A stretch of 40,000 nt of DNA from Spartinivicinus ruber (GCF_011009015.1 NZ_CP048878.1:2656354-2696353); one strand, 5' to 3'. Positions 27,634 to 34,832 are shown, numbered from the stretch's first letter. The notes: generated by a model not told the origin, from the sequence alone. Translations and numbers: made by a program.

Positions 27634-27847
27634 TATCCATTTAAAACTGTGCAACTCCCCTCTTTAATTGAAGCTGCTGAGGATGGATGCTTTGCATCGC
27701 AAGGCGTCCACCAGAAGGAGCAATGGGTGTTGTCTGTGTTATTAATAATTAGCCCTAAATTGATTATTAATATTTATTATGCCTCACGTTTTGAGATAGC
27801 TCGATGAAGATAAGAAGATAACACGACAACTACGTTGACAAACACCG

Positions 27848-28097
27848 TTACACGCCCTGCGATGTCGGCTCTAAGTTTGGTGCTTTGAACGGCAACTATC
27901 GAGCGCGCCAAAATGTCGTATTTGAACACGGTTATTTAATTGGGAAACTAAGTCGTTCAAGAGTGACTGCGGTAGTTAAAGGCCCGGTCGAAACACCAAA
28001 CGATATTAGTGGGGTCGTTTACATTGCGCTAGACGAGAAAGGCAATTGGAAGAGTGAGCTTATAAAAGAGATGTGTAGTGCTGGTTATGTCGTATAA
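27848..28097 (+). pseudogene. TIR-like protein, 3' part
   Basis: In frame after the target duplication: TPCDVGSKFGALNGNYRARQNVVFEHGYLIGKLSRSRVTAVVKGPVETPNDISGVVYIALDEKGNW. This is the conserved core of TIR-like PF10137 proteins. Confidence 0.8.
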
Positions 28098-28177
28098 GCC
28101 TAACAATGCCGTAAACTTGGACGCATTTTTCGTTCGTTGCGCTCACTACAAATGCGCCGGTACGGCTGGCGTTATGA
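28098..28177 (+). other. attC site (attC-b)
   Basis: R'' GCCTAAC directly after the stop codon, L'' CCGTA.., L' ..TACGG, spacer CTGGC, R' GTTATGA. Confidence 0.8.
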
Positions 28178-28192
28178 CTCAAGGAGGACGAT

Positions 28193-28795
28193 TTGGCAGA
28201 GTTAGAAAATAGCAAAATAAAAGAGTTACTGCGAAGAACTAAGCTGACAACAAAGTCTCGGTACAAGGCTAGCGAGAGATTTGCAGCACACCAAAAGGTA
28301 TCGCAGTGGACTGTAGCTTTTATTTCTGCAGCTTTAATCTTTATACCTCTCTTCCAAGCCTATGGTGTAAAATTAACCATTCCTGAGCAACTATTGAATA
28401 GCTTTCAATCAGTTTTAGCTGTTATGGTGCTTGTTTATTCCTTATTGCTTGGCCAGGAAAATTTTGTATCTCGAGCGGAAGCGATGCATAGAAATGGAGT
28501 GGAGTTAGGAAGATTTGCTAGAAAGTTAAGGGGGATTCCTGATGGCTATAGTAAGTATGATGAGTTGGTAGAAGAGTACTATGGAATATTAGAAAAATAC
28601 GAAAATCACAAGCCTGTGGATTATTTATTTACTCGCCTTCACCAAAAACCCGAAAAGTTTTTAGAGTGGCCTGGATATTTTTGGCTTTGGCTTAGAGCTC
28701 AATTTTTCATGTGGCTTGGCTACACTCATTACATTGCCGCATGGTGTTTTGTTGGATACATTTTCTATTATATTTTTACAAATATTGCGTCATAA
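28193..28795 (+). CDS. SLATT-like multi-TM membrane protein
   Basis: TTG start with AAGGAGG SD. The N-terminal TKSRYKASERFAAHQK helix, two TM helices and the AEAMHRNGVELGRFARKL helix match my recollection of SLATT family layouts. There is also an aromatic-rich C-terminal TM region. Confidence 0.5.
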   Translation: MAELENSKIKELLRRTKLTTKSRYKASERFAAHQKVSQWTVAFISAALIFIPLFQAYGVKLTIPEQLLNSFQSVLAVMVLVYSLLLGQENFVSRAEAMHRNGVELGRFARKLRGIPDGYSKYDELVEEYYGILEKYENHKPVDYLFTRLHQKPEKFLEWPGYFWLWLRAQFFMWLGYTHYIAAWCFVGYIFYYIFTNIAS

Positions 28796-28830
28796 CAAGG
28801 GCCATCAAAACTGACAAATAAGTGTAGGCT
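28789..28830 (+). other. Degenerate/truncated attC remnant (attC-c)
   Basis: GTCATAAC is the exact complement of the cassette start TTATGAC at 28172. The right box is GTGTAGGCT rather than GTTAGGCT. The site is only about 40 bp with no clear L boxes. Confidence 0.35.
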
Positions 28831-28834
28831 ATAA

Positions 28835-29449
28835 ATGGAGTTTTCTAAATTGAACATAACATTTGGGATAGCTATAGGGGCAATAATAGCTGCTGTACTA
28901 AATATTATTGCGAACCATATAAGCAGAAGGGTAAATGAGAATGTCAAGAAAAAAACCTGTGTAAAAATACTGTTTGGAGAGCTTCTTAACGTTCTAAATC
29001 ATTATCAATTTTCGGGTATTCCCATTAGTCTAATAGACGGAGATGATAGAAACATTTCGGAAGTTATTAAGCGCATGGAGTTCGCCAAATACGGAGATTT
29101 TAAGGCAGTAAAAAATATAGAGCTATATGGTTTCCTTTCTGCTGTTCAAGTTCGCAATATTCACCAGCTATCACTAAAGATTCGAAATACAGACACTCTT
29201 ATAAAAAGCTATCTATCCTCAGAATTTGTAAATAATTCTGCAGCGACTCATGAAGAAATCAATCTAGTTCGTGAGATTGGCTCTCGAATGGATTACGTAT
29301 CAGATACCGCTGATCTTTTGTTATCTTATATTTCAGAACAGCACCCAGAATATAGTTCGTTATTTCAAGATACGAAGAATATCGAGAAGCCAAATTATGC
29401 GCTGTATCAGAAGCCTAATAAACAAAGGCAGCATCGCCTTGCGGGCTGA
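28835..29449 (+). CDS. Cassette ORF: N-terminally membrane-anchored 204-aa protein, unknown function
   Basis: One TM helix (ITFGIAIGAIIAAVLNIIA) followed by a predicted helical soluble domain. Confidence 0.6.
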   Translation: MEFSKLNITFGIAIGAIIAAVLNIIANHISRRVNENVKKKTCVKILFGELLNVLNHYQFSGIPISLIDGDDRNISEVIKRMEFAKYGDFKAVKNIELYGFLSAVQVRNIHQLSLKIRNTDTLIKSYLSSEFVNNSAATHEEINLVREIGSRMDYVSDTADLLLSYISEQHPEYSSLFQDTKNIEKPNYALYQKPNKQRQHRLAG

Positions 29450-29485
29450 ACGCGCTAATGCGCGCCGCTTCTTTGGTCGTTAACT
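29413..29485 (+). other. attC site (attC-d)
   Basis: R'' GCCTAAT, spacer AAACA, L'' AAGGCAGC (extrahelical G), L' GCTTCTT, spacer TGGTC, R' GTTAACT. The right half is homologous to that of attC-e (GCGCGCCGCTT..TTGG.CGTTA). Confidence 0.65.
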
Positions 29486-29498
29486 GCTCGGAGGAAAG

Positions 29499-30110
29499 AT
29501 GAGCGCTGTAGAAGTATTTTCTATAATTAAAGATGTTTTTCTTGCAGGAGCAGCAGGTACTACAGCATATGTAGCATATACTGGACTTGAAAAGTGGCAG
29601 AAGGAACTCCGAGGAAAAGCCAACTTTGAAGTTGCCAGAGAACTGATTAAGTCGGTCTACAAGTTAAGAGATGAGATTGGTTATTGTCGCTCTCCGTTTA
29701 TTTTTGCGGCGGAATTTCCTGACGGGTACAAAGGCTCACTAGGTAAGCATACAGCAGAGGAAGAAGGACAAGCATGGGCATATGTGTACTCTAAAAGATG
29801 GGAGCCTGTTGGCCAAGCAGTTCAGCATTTTGATGCTGCTGTGTTAGAAGCTGAGGCGCTTTGGGGTGTGAGCATTAAGGAAAAAGCTAAAGAGTTGCGC
29901 CAGTGTGTCCGTAGCCTTCAAGTAAATATTGAAGCCGTGATTGCAGATAAATATTCTGGTGGTGAAGATTTCAAAGACAAAGACTTTGCTAAAAAAGTAC
30001 GGTCTGCGGTTTCTGATACTAAATCCATAGAAAACGAATTAACCAATAAAATTGACGTTGCAATAGGTGGCCTAGAGTCAAAAATCAGGCCGCATCTATC
30101 GCGCAGCTAA
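29499..30110 (+). CDS. Cassette ORF: N-terminally membrane-anchored 203-aa protein, unknown function
   Basis: GGAGGAAAG SD. One TM helix (VFLAGAAGTTAYVAYTGL) followed by a helical domain. The architecture matches the preceding cassette ORF. Confidence 0.65.
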   Translation: MSAVEVFSIIKDVFLAGAAGTTAYVAYTGLEKWQKELRGKANFEVARELIKSVYKLRDEIGYCRSPFIFAAEFPDGYKGSLGKHTAEEEGQAWAYVYSKRWEPVGQAVQHFDAAVLEAEALWGVSIKEKAKELRQCVRSLQVNIEAVIADKYSGGEDFKDKDFAKKVRSAVSDTKSIENELTNKIDVAIGGLESKIRPHLSRS

Positions 30111-30165
30111 CAAGGTGCTCAAGCTAGGACGTGATACCGCGCGCCGCTTAGCTTGGCGTTAGCCT
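30106..30165 (+). other. attC site (attC-e), canonical 60-bp form
   Basis: R'' AGCTAAC, AAGGT, L'' GCTCAAGC (extrahelical C), loop, L' GCTTAGC, TTGGC, R' GTTAGCC. This is the same layout as attC(aadA7) recalled from memory. Confidence 0.85.
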
Positions 30166-30264
30166 AACAATAAACTCTTTTTTCTTGAAAATTTTTATAT
30201 TTTATCAGTCTACCTCAACTTGCAATGCCTTGTGAGTGTTTTTTCCCTCGTAGAAGGAGACTCT

Positions 30265-30790
30265 ATGTCTAAACCTATTTTTGTCTGGATGGGCGGCAAG
30301 CGCCGTTTAGCCAGGCACATCTTACCGTTATTTCCTGATCACACCTGCTAGGTTGAACCGTTCTGTGGTCAGCCGCATTATTTTTTATGAAGGAGCCGTC
30401 GAAAGCAGAGGTATTAAATGATATTTCGTCGGATGTGATTAACTTATTCCGGGTAGTGCAGCATTACTTAGAAGAATTTATCCGACAGTTTAAGAAGGCT
30501 TTGGTTAGCCGCCAGTTATTTGAGTGGGTAAAATAGTACCCCACCTGAAATGCTAACCGATATCCAACGAGCAGCACGGTTTTACTAGCTGCAGCAGCTG
30601 ATCTTTGGTGTTAAACTAACTGGCCGAACCTTTGGCACCACACTATTAAGGTTTAACTTAATCAGGCTAAAAGAAACCCTTTCACAAGCTCATTTGAGGC
30701 TAGCAAGGGTAACAATAGAGAACCTGGATTGGCAGCAATGTATTAAAACGCTACGACTGGGAACATGGAAGTTTAGAGCGCACTAGTGGG
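30265..30790 (+). pseudogene. Dam-type (D12 class) N6-adenine DNA methyltransferase pseudogene
   Basis: MSKPIFVWMGGKRRLARHILPLFPDHTC*VEPFCG, then a frameshift, then AALFFMKEPSKAEVLNDISSDVINLF..., then further stops and shifts (RAARFY*). The DPPY motif is absent. Confidence 0.75.
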
Positions 30791-30986
30791 CTGTGCTGGT
30801 ACTGAATCAGGTTTAAAGATTGGGTACCCAGTTTCAAAAAACTAATAATGAAAGGTTGTAATTGTAAGCTAGAATCAACCCTCTGCCGACAAGAGGGTGT
30901 GAACTAGGTAGGCTACTTAACTATCCTTGAGGTAGCTCTTTTTTCATTATGTAAATAAACAATACCTCAGTACTTTAAAGGGGGAA

Positions 30987-31259
30987 TTAAAAAGAGTCTG
31001 CTCTATAAAGACAAAGCATTATATCCTTCGCTTGATGTATGCTTTGCTGGTATTGCAGAATGAACGTTCTTAAAAGAATGTCATTTTGTTTTTTCAATAA
31101 ATTTATATCGTCGGTTAGCTCCTCCATTTCAGGGCTGGTCCCGTGCGTCTCTTTAATTCGGGCTAATCTCTTATCAATTTTTATAGAGCGGCTGTCAGCA
31201 ATTTTTTGTATGTCATTAAAAGAAAAGTGCTGACAGTCGTCGGGACTACGGTATTTCAT
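30987..31259 (-). CDS. Hypothetical 90-aa coiled-coil protein
   Basis: ORF only. It is divergent from the 31520 gene. Confidence 0.4.
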   Translation of the reverse strand: MKYRSPDDCQHFSFNDIQKIADSRSIKIDKRLARIKETHGTSPEMEELTDDINLLKKQNDILLRTFILQYQQSIHQAKDIMLCLYRADSF

Positions 31260-31442
31260 TGCGAATTCCTTCTATAAATAGTCCTTAACTGTCTTATGTA
31301 TGAGTAGAGCTGTCTACTCATTTAACACTGCCCAAATATACAGCATAAGCTAATGTGAAATAAAGCACATAAAACAATCAATCGGGCGTTTAGGTAAGAT
31401 TATTACCCAGATTTACGACTAATTTGCTAAAAATACGCATAG

Positions 31443-31465
31443 ATTGGGTAGGATTTTTACCCAAT
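31443..31465. promoter_or_regulatory. Operator-like palindrome ATTGGGTA-N7-TACCCAAT
   Basis: A perfect 8-bp inverted repeat in the divergent intergenic region, with an extra half-site TTACCCAG at 31403-31410. Confidence 0.3.
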
Positions 31466-31519
31466 TTTTTGAGTTCGCCAGTACCATTTCTATTACCATT
31501 TGTCTAAAATGCACTCATT

Positions 31520-31894
31520 ATGAGTAGTAATTCATCAGTTAGTAAAAGAGTTAAAGAAAGGCAAGCCAGGGTTAAGCGTGAGCTGGATAAACAGAATACA
31601 TCCGCGAGAATGCTTTCCAAGGCTTTAGGTGGTAAATGGGAAAGCAAACGAAAGATCATTACCAGTGGAGACATGAACCTGGATTTTGCCCAGGAGGTCT
31701 GCGAGATGTTGGGAAGAGATATGATCTGGTTAACTATTGGACATAATGGTGGTCACAAGCTATCAAAAACGTTCAGGATGCTGATAGACCTCTGTGATTC
31801 CAATCCTGAGTATATGGATAAGCTTATGGACGTAATTGAAATGACTTGGGAGATAGCTTGTAGGGAAAGGCTAAATACAACAAATGACTTCTAA
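31520..31894 (+). CDS. Hypothetical 124-aa protein, possible HTH regulator
   Basis: Basic N-terminus and a segment MLSKALGGKWESKRKIITSGDMNLDFAQEVCEMLG with an HTH-like appearance. This is a weak call. Confidence 0.45.
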   Translation: MSSNSSVSKRVKERQARVKRELDKQNTSARMLSKALGGKWESKRKIITSGDMNLDFAQEVCEMLGRDMIWLTIGHNGGHKLSKTFRMLIDLCDSNPEYMDKLMDVIEMTWEIACRERLNTTNDF

Positions 31895-32036
31895 TTTTGG
31901 GCATTCAAGCCCAATTGCAAATTTCATAATATACAGTGGTTTGGGTGTTTTTAAGTCATTGATTTATATAGGGTGGATAAAAAGCAGAATATTATGAAAT
32001 ATGCTGTAACACATTGAAAGCCAAAGGTTTTTCTTT

Positions 32037-32095
32037 GGACTTAAAATCCCTCGGAGGAATACTCCATGCCGGTTCTGCCCTGGGCAGCATCTCTA
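32037..32095 (+). pseudogene. tRNA-Leu(UAA)-like internal fragment
   Basis: GGACTTAAAATCCCTCGG..CCGGTTC parallels E. coli leuZ GGGATTTAAAATCCCTCGG..CGGGTTC (from memory). No D-arm or acceptor stem is present. Confidence 0.3.
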
Positions 32096-32268
32096 AATAA
32101 TTGTAGCGTTATTTAACGCAAAATCAATCTTACTTCATAATTTTTCATAATATCCAGTAGACGCAAGCAAATATTTTTTTGATCAACTGTCGTGTTTTTA
32201 TCCTTATGATTTACGGTTGGAACTACCTAAATTATTATCCCAATAAATAGCTGTTTGGCTTTATTATT

Positions 32269-32367
32269 TCAAAAATAGTCTGTTTCAAGCTCATCATGCA
32301 GTATTATTACCTGCTTAGGTTTGCTAACCTTCAGGGATTCACCGATACGACGTGTCACAGTCAACAT
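32269..32367 (-). CDS. 32-aa CsrA-like mini-protein (MLTVTRRIGESLKVSKPKQVIILHDELETDYF)
   Basis: AGGAG SD 9 nt upstream. The N-terminal 14 aa parallel CsrA MLILTRRVGETLMI and the C-terminus parallels APKEVSVHREEI. The central ~25 aa of CsrA are missing. Confidence 0.4.
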   Translation of the reverse strand: MLTVTRRIGESLKVSKPKQVIILHDELETDYF

Positions 32368-32572
32368 AGTTAAACAACTCCTAAATAGTGCGTGTACATT
32401 ACTACTCGGAAATTTTTAGGGGGTGAGAATCCAGCTTTTCTACAATCCGTTCTAATACTTCTTATTTGATCGTGAGTCAACCTAATAAAAATAGGCTGCT
32501 GAATGGAGGGAAGATCAAGAGTCGTACATCAATAATGTATAGATATACATCATCACTTTTACAATTTTATGT

Positions 32573-32938
32573 ATGAAAAAAATGACTAATAAAACCAAGC
32601 AACAACGCTTTGCAGCAGTAAACAAGCTAATCAAAATCATTGCCACTTGTGGTCGGTGCATTTTCTCAGAAAATGCAGATAAACCGAATAACGTTGAAAA
32701 CCCTTTTATTGCATCCATGGAAATTGATGGGTGTGGAAAAGTGTGGTTTACCGATTCATACACCAGAAAATGTATTTACATCCTCTATGGCTATAGCTGG
32801 AGGTACTTTACCCATGGTGGAATAAAGCGTCTCGTTGAATTCTTCAGAAATCACATAACCAGAGGAGCCCAAATTAAATCAGACTGTTTTGATCTTGGGG
32901 AGATCGGCACCCATGGGAATACGGTAAGGATATACTGA
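32573..32938 (+). CDS. Hypothetical 121-aa protein
   Basis: ORF only. I prefer it over the overlapping antisense ORF 32515-32763, but without strong grounds. Confidence 0.4.
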   Translation: MKKMTNKTKQQRFAAVNKLIKIIATCGRCIFSENADKPNNVENPFIASMEIDGCGKVWFTDSYTRKCIYILYGYSWRYFTHGGIKRLVEFFRNHITRGAQIKSDCFDLGEIGTHGNTVRIY

Positions 32939-33123
32939 TAGGAAGCAGTATTGAGACTAGGAATAGCCAAATAAAAAAAGCACTGCTTCGTCAACGTTGG
33001 TTTAGGGAGTAGTAAGTAAAACGAAGCAATGCACACGGGGGCTACCGTGTAATCAGTATGACCCGAGCCACTTAAAGAAGTTCACACATAGTGCTTTATA
33101 TTGATCCAAAGAGGATATACATC

Positions 33124-33505
33124 ATGTCAATCATGAAGGAGCTAACGGAAATTATTGGAAAGCAAGCTGCTATCAAGTTAGGCCAATGCCTTAGAGGTGT
33201 TAGGGTATATATCTCAAGAGTTATATAGGCAAAGATCATCCTTGCAGTGGGACCAGAAGTGGCTAGAAAAATTGCAAGTAACTTCAAACTATCCAACTTC
33301 CAATCAAAAGTGAAGTTAAAATTGTAAGTGATAAACTAATTAAACAAGAGTATGAAACAACTAAATCAAAGTCAGGAATATCTAGAGCTGACTTGATTGC
33401 GCTTAAGTATGGACTATCAACAAGACATATATTTAATATTATTAAAGAGATTAAATATAATTTATCGGTAACGGAAAATAACAATTCTATAGGTAAAACT
33501 ACCTA
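33124..33505 (+). pseudogene. Mor-family (Mu middle operon regulator-like) transcription activator pseudogene
   Basis: MSIMKELTEIIGKQAAIKLGQCLRGVRVYISRVI, then an in-frame TAG at 33226, then AKIILAVGPEVARKIASNF, then a frameshift near 33320, then SGISRADLIALKYGLSTRHIFNIIKE (the Mor C-terminal HTH pattern). Confidence 0.6.
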
Positions 33506-33701
33506 AAATAGGTATAGGCTCTCTTGTTTTAATTTAATTGGTTCTCTGATATGTGCTCTGAAAAATCAAGGTTTTAGTGTGCTTTTAATCTACCCACACA
33601 AATAAAAATTTTTTAAAGGTGACTGTTAATTAATTATCATTTTTTTGTTTTCTTAGAACGTATATTTATTTCGCGATTTAAGTTTGCACGAGAGAGTTTT
33701 C

Positions 33702-34832
33702 ATGAATACCATTAATCCTGTTTCTGTTACACAGCAAGTAACAAATTTAAATAATTTACCTGGTAGTGAATCTAGGAAAGTACAAAACCAAGTATCAAGT
33801 TTATCTGAATTAACTAGAAAAATTGGTGCTAGTGTTGCTGAAAGTATTCAAGATCAGCCACTTTCTAGAAAAAAACGCGGTATTCCACCTGATTGGCAAC
33901 CATCTCAACCTGAGCCAAAACCAGAAAAAAGTGATAATAGTTATGTTACTGTTGAACCAGTACCTTACGAACTAAGGTTTACATGGGGTGGTAGCTCAGC
34001 GGCAGAATATCTTGATGCTTTCGCTAGGCCTTGGTCAAATGCTGCAGAAATTGGTTCTAAATTTGTGAGCGCTGCAAGAGGCGACTCGATTCAGGAAGCT
34101 GATGCAAATTCTGCTAGTACAAAAGAGAAAGCTAAACCAGCAGATTCAATTATAACAGGGATTATTGGCTTTTTGGGTGGACCTTTTGGGAGAGGTTTTG
34201 CAGGACTCCAACAAATTGCTGGCCAAGCATCAGATACTTTAGAAACAGGCAAGCCACCTGAAATTCCAGTTGATCCACGAATCTTTGGTGGTGGTCCAAA
34301 CCTAGCTGCTGGAAGAAGACCAATTATTCCAAGAGAAGAAATTTCAGAGCCGACAATTACTCCTGAAAGTACACCTCGTGTTGAGGGTGAGCAACCGGTG
34401 GAAGTAGAAGAAGAACAAGTTAATGTTAGATGCAGAAGGACTTTAGGGGGAGAGTGTTCTCCTGGACCGTCAAGTAGCCAGGGAGCTGCTAATGTTCGTG
34501 AGACTGCTCGGGCTGATTATGAAAATGAATTTCCAATTAATAACCCTAAAGTAAAAAATACGACGGATAATCTTTTTTCGAAGACAGACCCTGCTCATGG
34601 AGGAGATACTACAGCTTCATCTGCAAGACAAGAGCTTGAAGAATCTCACTCAACTGCATTAGTACTCCATGATGGAAGTGCTCAAGCTAAACTATTTAAC
34701 TCTGAAGCTGTATCAAGACCTGACTCAGCTGGTGAAAGTGTAGACTTTGTAGGGAAGTTAAATTTGAATGGTGAAACAATAGAGGTAGGATTAGACCCCT
34801 TCCAGCCGCCTAATACCAATCCTGTTTATTAG
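33702..34832 (+). CDS. Low-complexity, probably disordered secreted/effector-like protein
   Basis: I prefer the ATG at 33702 (MNTINPVSVTQQVTNLNN...). It is S/T/N/P/E-rich with no TM helix or signal peptide. The last 5 codons are supplied by the IS630 end. Confidence 0.55.
   Translation: MNTINPVSVTQQVTNLNNLPGSESRKVQNQVSSLSELTRKIGASVAESIQDQPLSRKKRGIPPDWQPSQPEPKPEKSDNSYVTVEPVPYELRFTWGGSSAAEYLDAFARPWSNAAEIGSKFVSAARGDSIQEADANSASTKEKAKPADSIITGIIGFLGGPFGRGFAGLQQIAGQASDTLETGKPPEIPVDPRIFGGGPNLAAGRRPIIPREEISEPTITPESTPRVEGEQPVEVEEEQVNVRCRRTLGGECSPGPSSSQGAANVRETARADYENEFPINNPKVKNTTDNLFSKTDPAHGGDTTASSARQELEESHSTALVLHDGSAQAKLFNSEAVSRPDSAGESVDFVGKLNLNGETIEVGLDPFQPPNTNPVY

Larger units (their letters stand above)
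26052..27847 (+). mobile_element. IS3-family insertion sequence (~1.8 kb)
   Basis: The imperfect terminal IRs align in register (CCCTCTCTGTCAGGCTAGTTGTCG vs the reverse complement of the right end, CGGTGTTTGTCAACGTAGTTGTCG). A TTAC/TAC target duplication sits at 26048-26051 and 27848-27851. OrfA/OrfB have a -1 slippery site. Confidence 0.85.

Noticed and set aside
24859-30165. Could the repeated palindromes be a CRISPR array or REP elements?
   Set aside because: The spacing is 400-2800 bp with one ORF per interval. The repeats are imperfect hairpins with RYYYAAC/GTTRRRY ends and cassette-specific complementarity. That fits attC sites, not CRISPR direct repeats.
30664-30780. AGGCTAA (complement of cassette start TTAGCCT at 30160) as the R'' of a seventh attC
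   Set aside because: It ends AAA rather than AAC. No matching L boxes or convincing R' follow, and it lies inside the dam pseudogene reading frame. A 7-mer match is plausible by chance.
32515-32763. 82-aa minus-strand ORF overlapping 32573-32938 (+)
   Set aside because: Only one of the pair can reasonably be real. The longer + strand ORF was kept, but with low confidence.
33096-33484. Two 66-aa minus-strand ORFs (33096-33296, 33284-33484)
   Set aside because: The + strand carries a recognisable, though disrupted, Mor-family gene. The minus-strand ORFs are hydrophobic AT-rich shadows.
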